From Paecilomyces variotii (taxonomy: Eukaryota): a DNA stretch of 64,000 nucleotides. Below, one piece after another: positions 11,801-23,902 of the stretch (its first letter is position 1; the number at the start of each line of letters is the position of its first letter). The stretch lies in NCBI GenBank assembly GCA_004022145.1, contig RCNU01000009.1, one strand, 5' to 3'. The translations under genes were made by a program, and so were the position numbers. The notes under the pieces are model-generated. The model was not told where the DNA came from. It saw only the letters and a list, made by a program, of their open reading frames with translations, and did not search any database.

Positions 11801-14800
11801 AACCTACGCTGTTAGGTTATCATAATCTAACTTGATGTAAACAATTTCCTCGCCACCTTCCTGACTCATGTCTTCTATAGCGATATTATCAGCGCTCACA
11901 GCCTCTGTGGAGACAAGCTTCAAACCCGCTGCAAACCGCTGCTCTTACCCTGTACAAACCGGGTAGCAGCTGCGACAGGAAGCTATCTAGATCCACATGT
12001 ATATGATCAAAGCAGACGGAGCTGGAACTGTGGATAATCAGAAACAATGTTCCAGATCAGCTCCAGGCAGCAGTCATGTCAGGATAGAGTCAGGGAGCAT
12101 AAATAGCTGATAGATTTCGGTCACCTTTAATTCTCTAAACAATCAAGATTTTATTCCCGTATCGAATTTTCCTTCAGAACCTTTGCTTCCGTGGTCCTAG
12201 ATTCCCACGTGTTATAAGCCCGCAGACTCATGCCCGAGTATTCTGGTATTCAAACCAAGACCTCTGTTGAAACACCGCAAATACTTTATTCGTTGCCGTA
12301 CCTCTATTACCTTGTGAGAAATATTCTAACCCAACGGCCAAGAGAGCCATGCTACGAGAAGCCAATATTGACGCTGACCTTTGTACGAATCAGTTGCGGA
12401 AAGACACGAAACGACTTATGAGGTCAACGATCGACGATGATTACAGTATACTCAATAATGAGCATTAGAGATCAATTGACAGAGGCCAGTGACGCAAGTT
12501 AACTATATCGAGTTTTGGTTGTCCACGAAGGATCTAGGCAGCACATATATACTGCAGAAACTAGGGCGAGAGCTATAGATTAGCAAGAATCGGATAGATG
12601 TCGTTGAATGGACTCATACATGAATAGGTAAGAAAAGGCTTCAACTTGAGTAGAACGAATAAGCTAGATATGCTCATTGAAGATATGTTTTTAGACGAAG
12701 CGAACCGAGCTAAGCCACGCCCCGAATATCTTCAGATTTTCCTATCTTGGAAAGACCACTGAGCCAGCTCAAGGGGGTTTGTCGCCGCACAAAGCAAACG
12801 CCAGGTAATTTTTCAATCATCCGTTTTCAGCGGATTCCCGAATCCTCAATATAGGATGGAATTTCATAGAACCCACTGTATCACTCGGGTCTAGATTCTT
12901 TGTACGCTAAAGATAAATATGGGATCAAATACCCCCCCCTAGAGCTAGAAGCAAGCAAGCAATTCAAGTTGTGACCAGGTCAGACCTTGCTTCCGTGCTA
13001 TTTGATATTCGATAGATATCCCGAGTTGGTAGGTATCTAGTGGAATGAAATATGTTATAATGCCACCCGCATTTCAGAGGTATATCGTAGATGATATCAT
13101 AGTCCGATTAAAGTGGTCAAGGAAATCGAAGCAGAACACTGTTTATTCATCTGCCAACTAGCGCAGGCCGTGCACTTTACAATTAGAGCTGCTCAAAGCG
13201 TTTCTTAGAGCTTAAATGTGTGCTTGCAACGGTAGGACTTCGTTTATATTCCTTTTCTGTGAACTTGTATGATGGAAGTTGAGCTATTTCGAACTATGGT
13301 TGTTTAGATACAGAAATGTTGTTTGGTTGCGTTGATATGATAACCAAGAATGAAATGGATTACTGACAATATAAGGAACTAATAGTTGAATCATGGGGAC
13401 TTCTAATAGCAATCAATTATATATATAAATGAAAATGCACCAACACCAACTGTTATCCTACCCCCTGGTGTGCTCACATGTATACAAAACCATTTGACTC
13501 TTAGCAGTCGAGATTCTTTCTTGCTTGCAGTGAAAATTTTCAAAGCTCTAGAATACTGTTTAGTAAGCTTATTTTCGTCCCCGGCTTACTTAACTAGTTG
13601 AATAACCAAGTTAGGTAATTAGCTTCTGATAGCTAAACGATCGAATATGGTGATACTACGGTCTATATGCTCCGCTGCGCTTGCTGCTCGCCTATAGCAT
13701 CTCCAGCAGTAAAGTTAACCCGCGCACGAACCACTTGTACGGCAGAATCATATGGCAAATACGTAATTTGATTTTCGAATATGCCATGTGGGCCTGTCAA
13801 CTCGCGGTTAATGTGCGGTTAACGTGAAATATGGAGACGTGCAATATCTCCTGTCCCCGATTCCCACCGGTCCGGCAACGACTGGTCTCAACGCCACGAA
13901 AGGAACCTAGTGCTGCAATCTCGGGACATGTACTTTGGATCCCACATCCTCGTATTGATCGTACCAGGCAAGATGGAGATATGAGGGGCCCGAGGACGAA
14001 AGGGATCTGCGGTCTGCCAATTTTGGTAAATGGTGCGGACACGAACAATGCAAGCCATCAGGCACGTGCAAATCAGTGCTAGAAGTCCAGTGGAACCAGC
14101 TCCAGTATCGCCCTAGTCCAACAGTTCAACAAATCTGGGATGGCAGGCGAAGTTCGTCTTAGCTTCGAGATGAGAATCTCTTTAGACGAGCTTTGATCGA
14201 CTCCTTACTGCCATTGAAAGCCTGTAAACGCTAACAACTGGGGTTCAGAAGCCGGGAGGGCTCTGGACGATAACTATACGAACTCCTTTGATAGCTGTTC
14301 TCTCGTTATCTGGCTGGTAAACAGTGCACGACCGGTTCTGGGTCTCTCCTCTCGGATTGAAACCCGTTGACCCGAGAATTTGGAAATTCAGGGATTCCAA
14401 AAAGAGACTTGGCCCTGATAGCGTGGAGCGTGCCGTCCAGGGAGAATTTCGAAGGCGAGAGAAGACATTTGTAAGCCCACAGAGGATCAACCGGAAGTTG
14501 ATGGATATGCAAGAGCGACTCAAACTGGAAGTGTCGTTCTCGCTTCCCTCACGTGGAAACGAGACAATAACAAAGCAAGTCGTAGCGAAGCATATTATTA
14601 CTTAGCGCTGCTCGGTAGGAATTGCTGCCACTGTTGCTGACAAGAACAGTCCAACGGTGCCAGGCTCTAATTTAGGAGCTTTGACAGCAGGGTTCGTAGG
14701 AGATGCGGAGGTGTTTCGGGATGCATATTGTCATGCCTGGACCGGGTCTCTGGCATTGTTAGTCAGTCGTTCTCCAACTTCAAAGCCTCCAGTGGAGCAG

Positions 14801-16064
14801 GGGACCGCCAACCGTGAAGAATACGTTTCCAGAACGCATCAGATATCCCACTAGATACGCAGATGGCTTGCTTGACAGCTCGAGTCCGCGCCCCGCGGGG
14901 ACCAGGAAGTGGCCGGTGCTGCGACAATCGACACAGGCTCCAATCACCAGCCGCGAATATTCCAAATTGCCATCGCGCCGTCTGCGCCCCAAAAGGCCCG
15001 AAAGCGACCGCCGAAGGGCAGGCTAAGCGCGCTGCGATCTCCAGGAATGCGGTCCTGGCACAAAAGTATTTGGAATACTTCCCCACAACCCGTCAAAAGC
15101 CTCTCCTGGACGTATCAGAGAGCCAGCAGCAGGTGTTGGGCTGGGATCGACGGCTCTTCTCATCCATCATGTCGGATCTTGCGAAGTCGACGAGCAACGA
15201 AACGCTTCACCGCCAGATTTCTGAGCTTGATCTTCACAGTGCCCGTTTGCGAAGATAGTGCTTCGGGGAGAATCCGCTACCGGCTGGTTCTTTGTTCGTT
15301 CAAGAGACGTTGGCCGTCCAGGGTGGCAGGGGCCTTTTGCCATTTGGAACAGTAGCCGGAATGAAGCTAAGGTGTGCGAAACAGCTTGTAATGTTTGTCG
15401 CCTCTTGCTCGCTTTGACAAATCGCTTAGCTTGATCTGTCTGGGGCCACTGGACGAAGGCCGTCTGGTATACAGGGAGCTCTCCGACGCTCCTTGCGCGC
15501 CAACCCTCCGTCGCCTATGTTGTTTCAAGAAGCGGCCTATCCGTGAGGCATGTCTGGATGCAGCAAGGTTGTGAAGTAGTCTGATATGTTTATTCCATAC
15601 ATTCCAGCTGGTCAGATAAGGTTCTGCTGTGCTGCTGCGCGGTTGTCCCCGCAGTTGTGGTAAAGCTGTGATTTGGAATCGTCCGCGCCGCGATACCTTT
15701 CGCTCGCTCCACACATGTTTCCATTCCCCACGCTTAAACTACTTCGCATATTTGTCAATTGAAACCCATCGCGTGATCCCTGCGAAATACATAATCACTG
15801 CAATCGCCATCAGAGAGCTCGATCATGATTCTTCAACACCAGCCTGTCTCTCGAGATCGACATCACTACCACCGGATCAGATCAGATCTACTTAGGGTAT
15901 GTTCTTCTTTGTTCAACAGTGAACCTCTCATCTTGGCCCTTTCAGACTAACGGCCGCCGCTAGCAATCGTTGGCAACCCAGAGAAAAGATATAAGACCTC
16001 TCGAGGAAGCGCGCACCTGGTCTCATTCAAAGACAACACACCAATTCCATTCGATTCATTCAAA

Positions 16065-16939
16065 ATGCGTGAACTCATTGAAGCTCGCGTCGAAGACGGC
16101 ATTCTTAAGGAAATCATGATTACCAACGGACATCCGCTCCCGGCTAAGCAATTCCCCAGGAGCTGTCTTGCTACAGTCTCGGTGGTGGGGGCTGGCCGTG
16201 ACCAGCGCTTGCAGGTCGATATGTCGGACTTTCCTGACCCACGATATCATCCCTATTACGGCTTTGCACGATACCCAACCCCAAGTGTCTCGGAGTCGAC
16301 CCTAGACATTGATCAACTCTCGATCTCTTCGCACAAGACCTCCCGAAAGGGTTGCTCTCATGACCGCAAATCTGCGCGCCCATCCTGCCGGCCGCAGCCA
16401 CACGAGCCCCATCCCTATGGACTGGATAGCACGCAAGCGGGGATTGAGTTCGTCCTTCGGTACGCTTTCCTGATGCCATATCTTTTACTCAAAACACTGA
16501 CCTCGTCGCAGTCTCGAGAAACCATGCCTGCGCCATATCCGCCGTAACCACTCCCACGGCCCGTCAGGCCACACGTTGACCGTACAAGCTTCTCTCCTTG
16601 CCTACGCGCCACGCAACCTAGAAAACAACTCGTCATGGCAAATCCCTGCTGGCGAACTTGAGCGACTACTTGAACCCTCAGCGGCTCCCCAATTGGACGG
16701 GGAGCTGACTCCCGTGCAGGCATGGCACCGTGTCAAGAGGCATCCTGGGTTCTCCAACATTACCCCCGATCGGTTTAACCTCCTCTGCGATGCCTTGTTG
16801 GAACAAGGACGATGCTTCGGGTAAGGAGCCCTTCGATGGATCCCACTGTAGTGTTCATAGCTAACATCACTAAAGCTTCGGTACAGTTATTGATGAAGTG
16901 GCGTTTACAGAAACCCTGTATGGCCTGCTTTCTGCATAG
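16065..16939 (+). CDS. FlbB-like protein with only the C-terminal conserved region (bZIP eroded); possibly a pseudogene
   Basis: Exons 16065-16459, 16512-16820, 16876-16939 splice in frame. Motifs GIEFVLRLEKPCLRH, PSGHTL, LDGELTPVQAW, RCFGFGTVIDE match the C-terminus of FlbB-type bZIP proteins. No intact basic region upstream. Confidence 0.7.
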
Positions 16940-18197
16940 ACTTCCGGCATCTGCAGCACAACTTCCTTTTCGACGGCTGGTCCATCTCCACTACTCCATA
17001 TTTAATCCGCAACATGTCTTTTCAGGCGTTTGGTGGTACTTCCTCTGCCTGTTTGCAATTGAGCGATCATGCAAGACTTTCATCCAAAAGATTGATGACG
17101 ACGAAACCGGAACGAACACATTCTACGAAGGGCGGCATTTTCATCCAGCAAATTTTAGATCAGGATTTCGCGTTCGGCGCTCTCGCACTCGTTAACATTA
17201 GCGGTTTCCTTTTTGTTTTCTTTTTTGTTTTTTTGGCTTCTCTTTTCTGTTTTCTTTCCAGACCATTTACCTGTTTGTTGGCAAGCGTCACGACGATCAC
17301 TCTCTCTTGTCTTATCTCTTATCGGTTATCACTGTGGCGGCGTTCAGGATTTTAAGATTGGGTCCATGACAAATTTATCCGCACTGGGGCGCATCTCCGA
17401 CGACTCAAAATCGTGGCGTCGTTGTTTTGAATAATGTGATTGTGCTCTAGATTAGAATTTGGAATACTCTGCAGCAAATGACAAGCTTCATTGGGTCTTT
17501 CATCCTTCCACTAACAACACTAACCCGCGACCATCCCGATCCATTCTCCACCCTGCTAGAACACCTGTTCCTCGCGGTGAGGCGGTAATAATAGTCGCCA
17601 GACGCGCTCTCAACAACGAGCTGATCTCCCTTTCAGCTCCTTCGTTGATCAGATAGCGACCGGAGGAGTCGCGGGTGGAGATCTCGCGCTCGGGAGACCC
17701 CACCGATGTCTTATTGTTCTCTCGCTTTTTCAGCCTGCGCTATCCCTAGATTGACGCCCAACAATCCAAACTCCATCTCCTCCTCCTCCACATGGAACAT
17801 CCGCGATATTTCGATCTCATCCTGGAGACTCTGGAGCCGACAGCAATTCCTGCTTGTTCCGCGATGGGGTCCACGTCTCAACATGCTCCACCACTGGGTC
17901 CCATGCGCCGACAGGGTAGATAGATGTACGAGGGATTTTCATCCTACGTATAGAGACGCACCATAAGTACCGGGTAGTAAGAGAAAGCCGCCTATACCCT
18001 TTCAGCCGCGCACATAGTGTCGGTCCGGCGGGCCGAGCGAGCAGAGAGAAAGAAACTCTCGAGTATCCAGTGCCAATGTGGAGGAGTGCGAGTTGAGTTC
18101 TCATACGGGGCATTGTTGTTGGTGGATGCCAGATCCGATCTGAGATCTCCTTGTTGATCTTCCTCTTCCGAAGACTGTCAGTTTACTGCCACCTGTC

Positions 18198-18244
18198 TTT
18201 TTTTTCCTTTTTTCTTTTTTCTTTTCTTTTTTTTTTTTTTTTTT
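18198..18244. repeat. Poly-T / pyrimidine tract
   Basis: Run of T with sparse C. Confidence 0.8.
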
Positions 18245-20766
18245 GACAGCTCTCTATTCTTCGCACGATCCTACAGAAAGGGAAGAAAATATCCCTTGGC
18301 GACGTTCGACTATTGATTCCTGTGCCACGGAGTCGGGGCAGTCCCGGACAGTAAGTACCATATTCTAAGTACACGATCGAACTAGTCTTCAAAACCATTG
18401 AGATCCGCCCCCAAAGAGAAACAAAAGAACAACAATGGCAATTACAATTTATTTCTACGAATCAGCACCTGCATACAACCCCCAGACAACTTTTTCCCAC
18501 CAACGCACGAATCTGTCCCGAACCAAAATACCAGAACGTTTTAGTCTCCCCGTATTGGTCTTCCAGAATCTCAAATACTCAAGCCACCGCGTCCCCACTT
18601 GGGGCCAGCATTAGCTGATCAGCGTTGCGTCACGCTGCCTTGGATATCATCTCCTCGGATCGAACTAAATAATAGGTTAGGTTAGGTACCTTTGTGCTAA
18701 CTAGAGAGAAAGGATAGACGACTAGAAAAGAGGGACCGCAGGGGGGATATGCAACTAGCTTAGATCGCGGCGCATCTCCCATCTCGGAGCCCATCCCCGT
18801 CTCCACTTGAGTAAGATGTAAAAGACATAAAATCTAGAAGGATACGTACTTACTTACTATAGCTCTTTAATAATTACCTCAGAGTAGAGTTGGTTTAGCG
18901 CATCCTGTAAGCGCCATGGTGTTTTCATTGTTTGGGTTCCAAATACAAATACTGGAATCAACAACAAAAAAAAATAACTCTTTGTTGGGGGCCATTTTTT
19001 TGGAGGCTGACGTCGGCGTAAATCACCCTTCTTGTAAGCTGTGTGTTAACTAGGTACCTAGGTAATTATGTGATGTTCTTTGTGATCTATCTCACGCAAA
19101 CCCACGTGCTTCGGATCCGACTTTCAGGTTCTCGGGTCTTTAGTCAACTCGGGGCTTTTTGTCATTCTGGATCCCCTCTTATTTCTCCTGGAACATTGTT
19201 CGGGAAGGGGAGTGGAGAGATTCCGACGGAAGAAGGGAGGGAGGAGAAACCCCAACGCCCCCCCCCTCTCCTCTCTGGGAGAACTTTCCTTCTTGGTTCT
19301 TTCTGACTTTTGTGGTTTGGTACCTAGGTAAGTACTTACCGAGAACACGGACTTGGGTTTAGTCGGCGAGGAACTGGAGGGGTTACGACAAATTTTCTTA
19401 CTCTCCTCCTTCCTCAGCCTCCCCCTTTCTTTGTCTTTGTCTTTTTCCTTTGTTCTCTTTCGTATCGTAGTGATCTAACTGATCCCTAGACCGGTACTTA
19501 CCGCTCACTTAGTCTTTCTCCGCAGCTGTATTCCATGACTCAGGATACGTAACTACATACACTACCAAGCCTTAGCAAGGGATAACTAACTAATGAGGCT
19601 ATGTATGTACTAGAACCGGAGCTTGGAAAAGCTCCATACTTACTCTAGGTAATTCCGAAACCCATCACGGAGATTAATAAATCCTACGGAGAGTTATACG
19701 GAATAAATAAACCCAACCGGCTTAGTCGCCCTAACCCACCTTCCTTATTATCCTCGAGAATATGTATTTAGTTAGTTCCAGAAAACATGACAAGCCCCCC
19801 TCCCCCCCCAAATGATTAATCCGCAAAGGTACTTCAACATTGTTATGTGGTTCACCTCAGCTGCTGGGGCTCCGAGATATCTCCTGTTATGCTCCTACAT
19901 GCATGCAGGATGCATGCAGCCTGACAAATTCCCCCCGTGAATGAGGAGCTGGAGTCTCATGATATCCTTCCATCATCACTGATTGTGCTGGTAGGAAGTG
20001 AGTGAGTGAGTGGGGAAAGGAGGGGTCGTTTGATAAATCATGTTGTGTCAAAAGTTCATTCCTATCAAGATTCAAGACAGTACTGGTATTGGTTATGTCC
20101 GGTCGGTCGTGCATTATGCATCACATAAGCTTGGCTTGGTTTGGTTTGGTTTGATGCATGTAACTATGTAGTATGTGTTGTTTCTGTGGTGTTTTTAGGC
20201 GAAGCGTGTGTTATATGATTAGTGATGGGGAATAGTTAGAAAGAGATGACAGAAAGGACTGAGATTGGTGTATTGCAGTATATAAATATTCAACTAGTTA
20301 GTCGGGATTTCAGCTTTTGGTGGTGGTGCATTAAGTCTTGAGTTCTAGTAACCGCAAGATAGTGATTGATCAGGCAGCAAAAACATGAAAATGAAAATGA
20401 AAATGAAGAAAAGCAGAAGTGGGAGCAATACGTAATGTTGTCCGCCTTTTTTTTTGTTGGCGCTCTGGGCGAGATGGTAATAATAGTATTTCGAGTGATC
20501 TCTATTAACTGTCGCCTCCTACTTCACGCGAAATGTTCTACTAGCCACATGTGCCCTCATCTAAAGATTGTACATAGCTTTTTTTTTATTTTTTATTAAG
20601 TAACATCTAAGATAGATCTTTATTTTCACAGTAAAAGAATTGTGAAGGAGAAGGGTATCATCATTATTATTATAATCTATATTTAATAAGATGTTATACA
20701 TGCTGACGTGAAATTCTCTATACCGGATATAGTTATTATGCGCCTTCATTACCAATTAAACGCCCT

Positions 20767-22525
20767 TTATGCAGCTCCGCCTGCAACGGCCTTGCCCTTC
20801 AAACTGACCCATCGAGGAAACAAGGAGACGATGACGCTGACTCCTCCCAGAGCAATAGCCAGAATGAATGCAGTCTTCAGGCCGTCCATGTATGCCAGTA
20901 GGATACCGGGGATATCCTCAGGGCTAAACACCTTGCGAAGATCGGTGGCACCAACAGCAGCAACGAGTTGCGGGTTCACATGGGGTGCAGTGTCGGGTAG
21001 CTTCTGAACCAGCCGATTGATGAAGGCTGACTCGCCGGCTGATACCCAGAATGCACCGCCGATGGTCTGGAGGAAAAGCGTCACTGCGGACACAGTGGCA
21101 AGATCGGACGGTTCGACAGAGGCTTGGTTCACGATGATTGAGATCTGACCTGCCAGTCCGGTTCCTACACCGGCAACAATCTGATATCCGATCCATTTAC
21201 CTGGTCCGGTGTTGATGTCAAACATATAGATGAGCCCAGAACCAATGGTTGCTATCACAGAGCCGATGATCATCAAATAGCCAAATTGGCCGAAGGCAGT
21301 GATCAGACCGCCGGAGATAATTGTGAAGATGCTGACGGTCAGGATGAAGGGAACATTGTGAACTCCCGACTCGGATGCTGAAACGTTCTTGATCGACTGG
21401 AAGTAGATGGGTAAGTAGTAAATCAGGATGAACATCGGTCCGACCACGAAGAGGACGTATAAGCAGCAGACGAGGATGTTGCGCTGTTTCAAGATTCGTG
21501 CGGGCATCAACGCTCGCTCACCCATCCTCCATTCGATAATAACGAAGACTATCACGAGGACTCCGAAGCCGACAAGAACCCCGATGACGTCTCTGCTATT
21601 CCAGGCCTTTGAGACACCGCCCCACTGGAGAGCAAGCAGATAGCACACGACAGCTGCCATGATAGTGAATGTGCCTGGGAGATCCATTTGTAGGAGCTTC
21701 TCTTTCCAGCTTGCTTGGGCAGGGCGGGCAGCTGGGGGGTTTTTGAAGAGAAACACAATGATTGCCGCACTCACTCCACCGATGGGAAGGTTTATATAGA
21801 AACTATGGCGATGAGTTAGTCTTGCCCAATCACGAGTAAATGGAAGCGACTTACCACCACCGCCAAGTAACATTACTTGTGAAAACCCCACCAAGAAGAG
21901 GACCAACGACACTTGCAACCGCATATGTTGCCCCAAGGATACCGGTATACGCAGGCCGCTGGCGTGGAGGTGCCGAGAAAGCGATGATAGTATACACGCC
22001 ACTGGAGATGCCTGCGGCTCCAGCACCAGCAACGGCTCTGCCGACGATCAGGGCAGTGCTATTCGGAGCAACACCACATATCAAGGAGCCAATCTCGAAT
22101 ATGAAAATCGACAGCAAGAATGTATTCTTCAGCGTGAAGTATTTGTATCCTTTACCCCAAGTCGATTGAAATGACGCCAGCGTCAGAAAGAAAGCCGAAC
22201 CGTACCAACCAACCTGATCAAGGGAGTGAAATTGGTCTGTGATTTCTGGTATCGCCGTGGCGACAATGGTCATATCAAGTGCGACCAAGAACATGGCCAG
22301 GATGAGGGCTATGACAATAAACGTGAGGGAAAAGGCTCCGGGGTATTGTTCTTCTTCGGTTGTCGTTTCTTTCGTTTCCACTGCCGCATCTTCTCGTTTC
22401 TCAATCGGGTCATCTTCAGGCTGGTTCTTTCCGATATCGATCTTGTATGTTGGCAGAGTGCTGTTGACATCCACATCATTCACTGTATGTCCCGAAAGGG
22501 ACGATCTGCGATCTGGCTCAGCCAT
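20767..22525 (-). CDS. MFS drug:H+ antiporter, DHA2 (14-TMS) type; probable metabolite efflux pump
   Basis: Two exons, intron 21854-21803 gives [12 protein letters not shown]. Motifs [44 protein letters not shown]. Confidence 0.95.
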
Positions 22526-23902
22526 CTTGCTTCATGGAAGGGACTGTCCACGATATTCTTCGGCGCCGAATCAATGGTGATGGTATCCAGTTCAGATGTA
22601 CCTTTACTCTTGTCCATTGAATGAGTCCCCTTGCGACTCTTATACCTCCGCTACATGGAACGCCTTATGGCTGAAAAAAACAGTAGGATCGTACTCAGGA
22701 TCGGTATCCCTGCTAGAATCTTTCTGATTTGTTGACGACTGGCACGGAAACAAGTCATCAACAGACAACCTCCGAGACAGATGGACGAACTTCCATCTGT
22801 AAGAATGATAGTGGAGTCATCTATGCTTCGTACCCAAGCTTATGGGATGCCGGGGCGGAGCCTCGTTTACGGTATCCAAGGTACTAAACGAGGAAATACG
22901 ACATAAACATTGGGGCTAGCTCATATCTGACACGATTCAGATGTAATCTAAGTTTGTAGCGCTTACCCAGAATAATCTAGACCTATCGCAAATCATTTAA
23001 AGGCTGAGAACCAGGCTGTTTAGTGCATGAGTGATGGTGAATCATAGTGAATCAAACTTGCCAATATTGCTTTGCAATGCTCTCTCATCTCTCCCAAGTG
23101 TCTCTGTTGACGATCTGGCGAATGATCTTCGAACAGGAGTATCTGAGATGATGATGTTTGAGACGCATGCCATTTAGGCGGCCAGGGGGCCATGCCATGT
23201 TAACGAGGAACAGTATGCCGGCGATCACCAGTTACGATACACGCGATAATCTCTAATCTCCGACGGAGCAATTCGACCGAAATGCTTTGTCAGCTAAAGA
23301 TATGTTAAGCTAAGCCGTTTGCGGATGGCAGAAAACGAAAATCCAGCTAGATATGCTATTATTGGCCAACCAAAGACCGGGACGACTCTCCGCCGGACAT
23401 AAAGCGGCGGACGAAACGGACGCACGAACGAAGAAGCATCTGATCTGTAACTATGATTCTTGGCAGCTTACAGATCGTATTGCCGTAGTCATTATTCGAA
23501 GGAACTCTACCAGTTGCTTGCTGTCGAATTCGCTGGGACGTAATGTCTTCTGCAAATCTGCTGTGTTGTCAGTGTTCCCTTCCAGGTCATGACCTGAATG
23601 GTTGCTCATAGAACGACTACTTAGACATTCGAAGCACGCGGGCTACTGAACTTATCGATGTTCTCTGCCGCTATCTTAGTGAAGACCGTTGCGCAATCAC
23701 TGGTGCCTAGACAGACGCGTTAAGATCTTTGTCGCGTATATCTCTTAGTCAGAGCATCAACACCTGTCGAGCAGCTGTCACAGCCAGTCTGTTCTCTGGT
23801 AACCAGCTTCTTCAGATAAACGCCGTTGGAGTCCGTCCGCGACAGCCGACATCACGGACGAAACCAAGTCCGACTGTTCGGTTCTCCGTTTCACTGCACA
23901 TC

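Noticed and set aside
12230-12770. Short protein-like stretches on the plus strand
   Set aside because: Many stops and no recognisable family motif.
14130-15420. Overlapping 70-150 aa ORFs, possible decayed gene
   Set aside because: No coherent exon chain or known motif; cannot be supported without a search.
17500-18113. Small ORFs on both strands
   Set aside because: No motifs or splice structure; consistent with chance ORFs.
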